DNA of 11,820 nucleotides from a virus (Duplodnaviria; Heunggongvirae; Uroviricota; Caudoviricetes): IMG/VR virus record IMGVR_UViG_2690316131_000005; one strand, 5' to 3'. Shown piece by piece: positions 7,122 to 11,820 of this stretch (position 1 is its first letter; each line of letters starts with the position of its first letter). The notes under the pieces were generated by a model. It saw only the letters and a program-made list of their open reading frames with translations, ran no database searches and was not told where the DNA came from. The position numbers and the translations under genes were made by a program.

Positions 7122-7150
7122 AACCCGCTTCGGCGGGTTTTTGTTTTTAT
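7122..7150 (+). terminator. rho-independent terminator of the hok transcript
   Basis: 7-bp stem AACCCGC/GCGGGTT with loop TTCG, followed by TTTTTGTTTTTATTTT. Confidence 0.8.
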
Positions 7151-7273
7151 TTTCAACGCGTTTGAAGTTCCGGACGGCGCCGGAATAGAATCAAAAATAC
7201 TTAAGTAGCGCGCAGGGAGAAGAGGGGTGGACCCCGAACAGGGGAGTGCTATTTATCTGGAAGGATTCTGTTG

Positions 7274-7531
7274 ATGAGAATCGAAGAATTACGTGAAATT
7301 TTTAGTGAAGATGGCCTCTATACTGTGCGCGTTGAGAAGGGCGCTATTGTCAGCCACTGCCGTATTAAATGTTTACAGTCTCAACAAAGGAAGAGTGGAG
7401 CTGCGTTAATTCATTTTGTGGATGGGCTTGTGACGGATGGTTTTATTTTGCGTGCAAATGAATTTGTCACATCGTTGCCGTCTCTGAAAGAAGCTGGGAT
7501 TAAGGCTGGTTTTTCTGCTTTTGAAGATTAG
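7274..7531 (+). CDS. hypothetical small protein, 85 aa (sits where rem lies in K-12 Qin)
   Basis: ATG 7274 with GGAAGGA about 8 nt upstream (the ORF track starts at TTG 7271); identification is by gene order only. Confidence 0.5.
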   Translation: MRIEELREIFSEDGLYTVRVEKGAIVSHCRIKCLQSQQRKSGAALIHFVDGLVTDGFILRANEFVTSLPSLKEAGIKAGFSAFED

Positions 7532-7600
7532 TGAATTCATCTACAATTCAGCGCAGGGCTGAACCCCTGTTGAGTAACACTGTGCCACCGGAGAAAGCCG

Positions 7601-7879
7601 ATGGCGCAAAATTCCAGACTACACAATTCTGATAATTCAGCCGTCTTTGCCAGCAGGCACGGGCGGCGTTCTCATGCATTCAAATCTGACTGGTTCCGGC
7701 ACGCCCCATGCACTGAAGAACAGGCCGAATGGCTGATTCAGAACTACCGCAGACGTGGGTATGAGTTTAGGAAAGCCCTCAGCCTCGATTATCGTCACTG
7801 GATAATCTACGTCAGGCTGCCGTACTCCGAGCGCCCACCGCGTCCGTCCCGCACATTCCAGCAACGCATCTGGAGGTAA
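7601..7879 (+). CDS. hypothetical protein, 92 aa, basic
   Basis: ATG 7601 with GGAGAAA upstream; stop at 7877-7879 lies inside the RBS of the next gene, indicating coupling. Confidence 0.5.
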   Translation: MAQNSRLHNSDNSAVFASRHGRRSHAFKSDWFRHAPCTEEQAEWLIQNYRRRGYEFRKALSLDYRHWIIYVRLPYSERPPRPSRTFQQRIWR

Positions 7880-7880
7880 C

Positions 7881-8936
7881 GTGCGGGTATTACTTCGACC
7901 TGTTCCGGTACCGGAACTTGGGTTGGTGGTCCTTAAACCAGGCCGTGAATCCATGCAGGTATTCCATAACCCTCGAGTGCTTGTGGAGCCGGAACCGAAA
8001 AGCATGCGCGGTCTGCCGTCCGGCATCGTCCCTGCCGTTCGCCAGCCGCTGGCGGAGGATAAATCATTACTGCCGTTTTTCAGCAATGAGCGTGTGATTC
8101 GTGCTGTTGGTGGCGCTGGTGCACTGTCTGACTGGCTGTTGCGTCATGTCAAATCCTGCCAGTGGCCTCATGGTGACTATCATCACAGTGAAACCGTTAT
8201 TCACCGTTATGGTACCGGCGCAATGGTGTTGTGCTGGCACTGCGACAACCAGCTGCGTGACCAGACATCCGAATCACTCGAGCAACTTGCTCATCAAAAC
8301 CTGTCAGCATGGATGATTGACGTCATCGGTCACGCAATAAGCGGTACGCAGGAGCGTGAATTATCTCTGGCTGAATTATCCTGGTGGGCGGTCCGCAATC
8401 AGGTGGCGGACGCGCTACCGGAAGCGGTATTACGTCGTTCGCTGGGGTTGCGTGCGGAAAAAATCCGCTCAATGTACCGTGAAAGCGACATCGTACCGGG
8501 AGAGCAGACCGCCACCATCATACTGAAGCAGCGCACAAAAAATCTTGCGCCGCTGCCTCACGCCCACCAGCAAAACCCGCCACAGGAAAAGACGGTGGTC
8601 AGCATTGCCGTTGATCCGGAGTCACCGGCTCAGTATCTCCAGCGCCAGAAACCACAACGGGAAGAGATGCCTGTATACACGCGCTGGGTAAAAACGCAGA
8701 AATGCATGACGTGCGGTAATCAGGCAGATGATCCGCATCACATCATTGGTCATGGACTGGGAGGGATGGGAACAAAGGCTGATGATTTGTTTGTTATTCC
8801 GCTGTGCCGTAAATGTCATAACGAACTGCACGCTGGGGTAAAAGATTTTGAAGAAAAACACGGCAGCCAGCTGTTGTTGCTGATTCGTTTTTTAATGCAC
8901 GCGAGAAATTCGGGTGTCCTGAAGTGGAAAGCATGA
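7881..8936 (+). CDS. ydfU: DUF968-type protein (YdfU-like) with C-terminal HNH/zinc-finger-like motif, 351 aa
   Basis: GTG start at 7881 with GGAGG upstream; C-terminus CMTCGNQADDPHHIIGHGLGG...PLCRKCHNELH has the Cys-pair and His-His pattern of an HNH-like domain; lies between the hok region and rusA/Q. Confidence 0.7.
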   Translation: MRVLLRPVPVPELGLVVLKPGRESMQVFHNPRVLVEPEPKSMRGLPSGIVPAVRQPLAEDKSLLPFFSNERVIRAVGGAGALSDWLLRHVKSCQWPHGDYHHSETVIHRYGTGAMVLCWHCDNQLRDQTSESLEQLAHQNLSAWMIDVIGHAISGTQERELSLAELSWWAVRNQVADALPEAVLRRSLGLRAEKIRSMYRESDIVPGEQTATIILKQRTKNLAPLPHAHQQNPPQEKTVVSIAVDPESPAQYLQRQKPQREEMPVYTRWVKTQKCMTCGNQADDPHHIIGHGLGGMGTKADDLFVIPLCRKCHNELHAGVKDFEEKHGSQLLLLIRFLMHARNSGVLKWKA

Positions 8937-9302
8937 ATGACTGAACGGATAGAATTTGTTTTGCCTTACCCGCCGACGGTGAATATCTACTGGCGACGTC
9001 ATGGCAATACGTATTTCATCTCGGAAGCCGGAAAGCGTTATCGCCGTAATGTGGCGCTAATTGTTCGCCAGCAGCGGCTGAAATTAAACCTGTCCGGAAG
9101 GCTGGTGATAAAGATTATTGCAGAGCCACCGGATAAGCGCCGTCGTGACCTGGACAATATCCTGAAAGCACCACTGGATGTGCTGACGCATGCCGGACTT
9201 CTCATAGACGACGAGCAGTTTGATGAAATCAATATTGTGCGCGGTCAGCTCGTTCCTGGTGGGCGGCTGGGGATAAAAATCACAGAACTGGAGTGCGCAT
9301 GA
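8937..9302 (+). CDS. rusA: RusA-family Holliday junction resolvase, 121 aa
   Basis: Translation (LPYPPTVNIYWRRHGN...RRRDLDNILKAPLDVLTHAGLLIDDEQ...GGRLGIKITEL) matches the RusA pattern including the RRRDLDN motif; ATG follows the upstream TGA directly. Confidence 0.85.
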   Translation: MTERIEFVLPYPPTVNIYWRRHGNTYFISEAGKRYRRNVALIVRQQRLKLNLSGRLVIKIIAEPPDKRRRDLDNILKAPLDVLTHAGLLIDDEQFDEINIVRGQLVPGGRLGIKITELECA

Positions 9303-9988
9303 ATAACCACTATTTACAGTTTGTGCGTGAGCAGCTCATTATCGCCACCGCTGATTTGAGTGGGGCAACAAAAGGTCAGCTTGAAGCCTGGCAGGAGAAT
9401 GCCATGTTCGATACAGGGCGTTACAGGCGAAAAAAAATCCGGTACCGCGATGAAGTGACTGGAAAAATGATAACGCGGGATAATCCACCAATCCCGGGAA
9501 AGCAATCGCTGGCGAAGGTGACGTCAATTCCTCTGGTCAGTCCGGTTGAGTTTTCGACATCATCGTGGCGGCGGGCTGTTCTGTCTCTTGAAGAACATCA
9601 TAAAGCCTGGTTGTTGTGGTGTTACAGCGGGAGTATTTGTTGGGAATATCAGATCGCGATAACACAGTGGGCGTGGAATGAATTTAATACTCAATCCGGT
9701 ACCAGAAAAATTGCTGGGAAAACGCAGGAACGCCTGAAAAAATTAATCTGGCTGGCGGCGCAGGCAGTAAAAGCAGAACTTTTTGGTGGGGAAGGTTATG
9801 AATATCAGGAGCTGGCATTACTGGCGGGAGTGACAACTAAAAACTGGTCCAAAACATTTACTCGTCACTGGGTTGCAATGAAACACATTTTTCACCGACT
9901 GGATAGTGAGGCTTTATTATTTGTAATGAGAACACGTTCAAAACAAAAGGCGGCATTTTCAAAGCAAAGTGTTGCAAAAGTAGATTGA
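9299..9988 (+). CDS. late-gene antiterminator Q-like protein, about 229 aa
   Basis: ATG 9299 overlaps the rusA stop (ATGA) with GGAG 5 nt upstream; sits directly upstream of a terminator, promoter and tRNA cluster. Family assignment is by position and size; I see no unambiguous motif. Confidence 0.6.
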   Translation: MNNHYLQFVREQLIIATADLSGATKGQLEAWQENAMFDTGRYRRKKIRYRDEVTGKMITRDNPPIPGKQSLAKVTSIPLVSPVEFSTSSWRRAVLSLEEHHKAWLLWCYSGSICWEYQIAITQWAWNEFNTQSGTRKIAGKTQERLKKLIWLAAQAVKAELFGGEGYEYQELALLAGVTTKNWSKTFTRHWVAMKHIFHRLDSEALLFVMRTRSKQKAAFSKQSVAKVD

Positions 9989-10051
9989 AAGGCATATATT
10001 TCATGCAAATCTGATATTTTGCCGATTTTGTACGTGATGGCAAAAGCAAAC

Positions 10052-10080
10052 AAAACCCGCCCACAAGCGGGTTTTGTTGT
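10052..10080. terminator. intrinsic terminator hairpin just downstream of Q
   Basis: 9-bp stem AAAACCCGC/GCGGGTTTT with 6-nt loop, followed by TTGTTGT; minus-strand view also has a T-rich tail, so it may be bidirectional. Confidence 0.6.
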
Positions 10081-10145
10081 GCCACTTATCTCGGATAGAC
10101 ATGGTGAATGCGCTGGTGGAGGAGATAAGGGTGATTTTTGTATGC

Positions 10146-10174
10146 TTGCAACATTGATTTCGTAACGTTATTAT
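10146..10174 (+). promoter_or_regulatory. near-consensus sigma70 promoter directly upstream of the tRNA cluster (pR'-like candidate)
   Basis: TTGCAA (10146-10151), 17-bp spacer, TATTAT (10169-10174); predicted start about 10181, 3 nt before the first tRNA 5' end. Confidence 0.6.
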
Positions 10175-10183
10175 CCTGCGCCC

Positions 10184-10259
10184 GGCCCTTTAGCTCAGTG
10201 GTGAGAGCGAGCGACTCATAATCGCCAGGTCGCTGGTTCAAATCCAGCAAGGGCCACCA
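10184..10259 (+). tRNA. tRNA with anticodon CAT (Met, or Ile2-type if lysidine-modified)
   Basis: Cloverleaf folded by hand: acceptor GGCCCTT/AAGGGCC, D-arm GCTC-AGTGGTGA-GAGC, anticodon loop CTCATAA, T-arm GCTGG-TTCAAAT-CCAGC, discriminator A, encoded CCA. Very similar to E. coli tRNA-Ile2 from memory. Confidence 0.85.
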
Positions 10260-10260
10260 A

Positions 10261-10336
10261 CCGCCACTAGCCATCAGGAAAGAGCGTCAACCCTTTAAGT
10301 TGAGTGTGCGAGGTTCGAGTCCCCGGTGGTGGTCCA
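10261..10336 (+). tRNA. atypical tRNA-like element (possible pseudo-tRNA); anticodon loop CCTTTAA
   Basis: Acceptor CCGCCAC/GTGGTGG (C1-G72, one G-U pair), good anticodon stem TCAAC/GTTGA, T-loop TTCGAGT with one A-C mismatch in the stem, encoded CCA; but the D-stem pairs at only 2 of 4 positions and position 33 is C. Confidence 0.4.
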
Positions 10337-10349
10337 TTATCGGTATTCT

Positions 10350-10423
10350 GCGTTGTTAGCTCAGCAGGACAGAGCAATTGCCTTCTAAGCAATCGGTCAC
10401 TGGTTCGACTCCAGTACAACGCG
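10350..10423 (+). tRNA. tRNA-Arg (anticodon TCT, reads AGA)
   Basis: Acceptor GCGTTGT/ACAACGC, D-arm GCTC-AGCAGGACA-GAGC, anticodon stem ATTGC/GCAAT with loop CTTCTAA, T-arm ACTGG-TTCGACT-CCAGT, discriminator G; CCA not encoded. Confidence 0.85.
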
Positions 10424-10439
10424 CTACACTTATTTTCCC

Positions 10440-10463
10440 GGCTCGCTTTTGCGGGCCTTTTTT
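10440..10463 (+). terminator. intrinsic terminator after the tRNA cluster
   Basis: Stem GGCTCGC/GCGGGCC (one G-U pair), loop TTTT, followed by TTTTTTG. Confidence 0.6.
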
Positions 10464-10506
10464 GTATCTGCGCCACGCCCGGCGCATACCAACCACAGAG
10501 CCTTTC

Positions 10507-10516
10507 GGGGGGGGGG
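10507..10516. repeat. homopolymeric G10 tract
   Basis: Ten consecutive G read directly, about 83 nt upstream of the TerB-like start codon. Confidence 0.9.
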
Positions 10517-10598
10517 AGCTTACGGAGTGGTCAGTGTGACTTTCTCTGTGGGCAGATCGCTCCCGGGCGTTGGCTCACCCACCCAAAGGAACGTCACG

Positions 10599-11031
10599 AT
10601 GTTTGGTATTTTTGGTAAAAAAAGCCCGCAGAGCGGCAACGGAAATTAAAAAGTTTGAAAAACGCGATCTGGCACAGGTGGTGATTAACGCCGCCTACCT
10701 GGTGGCCTATGCAGATGGTGAATGTGAGGCTTCCTAGAAAGCGAAGATCGAACAGGTACTGCGTAATCAGCCTGCGCTGTACGCGTTTACGTCAGAAATT
10801 AATGCGATTAGCGCAACCATTATCGGTCAGCTGGATACGAACTTTAAAACTGGTCGTCGTGCGGCGTTACGTGAGATCGAGGATGTGAAACACGATACGC
10901 GTGAAGCGGAAGATGTGCTGGATGTGGCGGTGGCCATTGCGGAGGCAGACGGCGAAATTGAGCCGGAAGAGCGCAAGGTGCTGGAAGAGATTGCCGGTGT
11001 TCTGGGTCTTCGTCTGGAGAATTACCTGTGA
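10599..11031 (+). pseudogene. TerB-fold (tellurite-resistance TerB-like) gene disrupted by a +1 frameshift and an in-frame amber codon
   Basis: ATG 10599 with AAGGA upstream reads MFGIFGKK then stops at 10647; removing one A from the A7 run (10617-10623) joins it to a frame with two TerB-like motifs (AAYLVAYADGECE and AVAIAEADGEIEPEERKVLEEIAGVLGL), interrupted by TAG at 10735-10737; frame ends at TGA 11029-11031. Confidence 0.55.
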
Positions 11032-11195
11032 CGGTAAAACTGCGCCTGACTGTGGCTGCACTCCTGCTGTTTCTGGTGGTGATGGTGGATTTCACCAGCA
11101 GAATCATGTCGGTGCTGGCGGATGGGGTGCTGGTCTGCGGCATTATGGTATTGCTGTGGCCGGTGATAAAAAGAAACAGCCTGCATAATGCTTGA
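11028..11195 (+). CDS. possible small hydrophobic membrane protein (55 aa) coupled to the TerB-like gene
   Basis: GTG at 11028 overlaps the TerB-like stop (GTGA); translation (TVKLRLTVAALLLFLVVMVDF...VLVCGIMVLLWPVIKR) predicts two hydrophobic helices. Below the ORF-track length cutoff; start uncertain. Confidence 0.35.
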   Translation: MTVKLRLTVAALLLFLVVMVDFTSRIMSVLADGVLVCGIMVLLWPVIKRNSLHNA

Positions 11196-11396
11196 TTTTT
11201 TTGTTTGCTGTTTATTAAAAACACTTCTGCATGGTGAATCCCCCTGTGCGGTGGGGCAATCAGCAAGAAGGAATATGGGGTAATCGCGGATTCAGGTGCT
11301 GATACTGAATTCACCGGGAGGCACCCGGCACCATGCTTTGCCACAAAAGTGTTATTTCTGTTTTTCTCAAACTATCATCGTTATCCCTTTATTTTC

Positions 11397-11423
11397 GGCT
11401 GCGCATGGCGCGGCCTTTTTTTT
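11397..11423 (+). terminator. strong intrinsic terminator upstream of the esterase gene
   Basis: GC-rich stem GGCTGCGC/GCGCGGCC with loop ATG, followed by T8 (11416-11423). Confidence 0.7.
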
Positions 11424-11509
11424 ACGACCAGCCACTGGCAGATGGTCATCCTGTGATTTGATTCCGCTTCCGGCTTTTTAACTCTGTTCCTCTACACGGG
11501 AGAAATTCG

Positions 11510-11820
11510 ATGTCGATTAAACATTACGATGTTATCAGGGCGGCGTCGCCGTCAGACCTTGCGGAAAAGCTGACACACAAACTGAAAGAGGGCTGGCAGC
11601 CATACGGCGGACCGGTTGCCATTACGCCGTACACACTGATGCAGGCGGTGGCTATTGAAGGAGAGCCACAGGTCGGCCCTTCATCTGAGCCGGATTGGTA
11701 CTACGTCATCGTACTGGCCGGGCAGTCCAATGCCATGGCTTACGGTGAAGGGCTTCCGCTGCCGGATTCATACGATGCTCCGGATCCGCGCATTAAACAG
11801 CTGGCGCGCCGCAGTACAGT
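11510..11820 (+). CDS. prophage NanS-p-like protein: DUF1737-type N-terminus plus start of a sialate O-acetylesterase domain; 3' end beyond the window
   Basis: GGGAG 7 nt before ATG 11510; translation MSIKHYDVIRAASPSDLAEKLTHKLKEGWQPYGGPVAITPYTLMQAVA followed by YVIVLAGQSNAMAYGEG (GQSN esterase motif). ORF runs off the window end. Confidence 0.75.
   Translation, partial: MSIKHYDVIRAASPSDLAEKLTHKLKEGWQPYGGPVAITPYTLMQAVAIEGEPQVGPSSEPDWYYVIVLAGQSNAMAYGEGLPLPDSYDAPDPRIKQLARRST

Noticed and set aside
7637-8086. 149-aa minus-strand ORF
   Set aside because: Antisense to the 92-aa and DUF968 genes, with no independent support.
10086-10649. ORFs overlapping the tRNA cluster and leader (10086..10274 -, 10267..10476 -, 10304..10618 +, 10449..10649 +)
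   Set aside because: They run across tRNA genes and terminators; only the last 51 nt of 10449..10649 (from ATG 10599) is plausibly coding, as the start of the TerB-like pseudogene.
10844-11344. 166-aa minus-strand ORF
   Set aside because: Antisense to the TerB-like frame and small membrane ORF, with Pro/His/Arg-rich composition typical of a spurious frame.
10427-11509. Shiga toxin or other toxin genes downstream of the tRNAs
   Set aside because: In Stx phages stxAB follows this kind of tRNA cluster, but here the region encodes a TerB-like frame and a small hydrophobic ORF; nothing resembles an A or B toxin subunit.

Overview
This window reads as the early-to-late transition of a lambdoid prophage of the DicA/Qin type (Enterobacteriaceae-like), with almost all genes on the + strand. 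Left to right: a three-gene minus-strand cassette of unknown function (179-1256); a DicA-like repressor (-) and DicC/Cro-like regulator (+) around a short operator region; a 163-aa unknown protein; an O-like initiator with iteron-like repeats; a lambda P-like helicase loader that overlaps O out of frame; a 244-aa unknown protein; about 860 bp with no convincing gene; a ModA-like periplasmic binding protein gene that looks AT-rich (a moron); a hok/sok-type type I toxin locus; two small unknown proteins; a DUF968/HNH-like protein; RusA resolvase; antiterminator Q; a promoter-tRNA x3-terminator unit; a disrupted TerB-like gene plus a small membrane ORF; and the 5' part of a NanS-p-like esterase gene. 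I do not see a known multi-gene defence system. The best candidates for something undescribed are the repressor-adjacent three-gene cassette, the orphan ModA-like moron with the gap and 24-bp palindrome flanking it, and the tRNA unit with its atypical middle tRNA and the broken TerB-like gene downstream. All family assignments are from reading the translations and from memory, with no database search; GC content was judged by eye.
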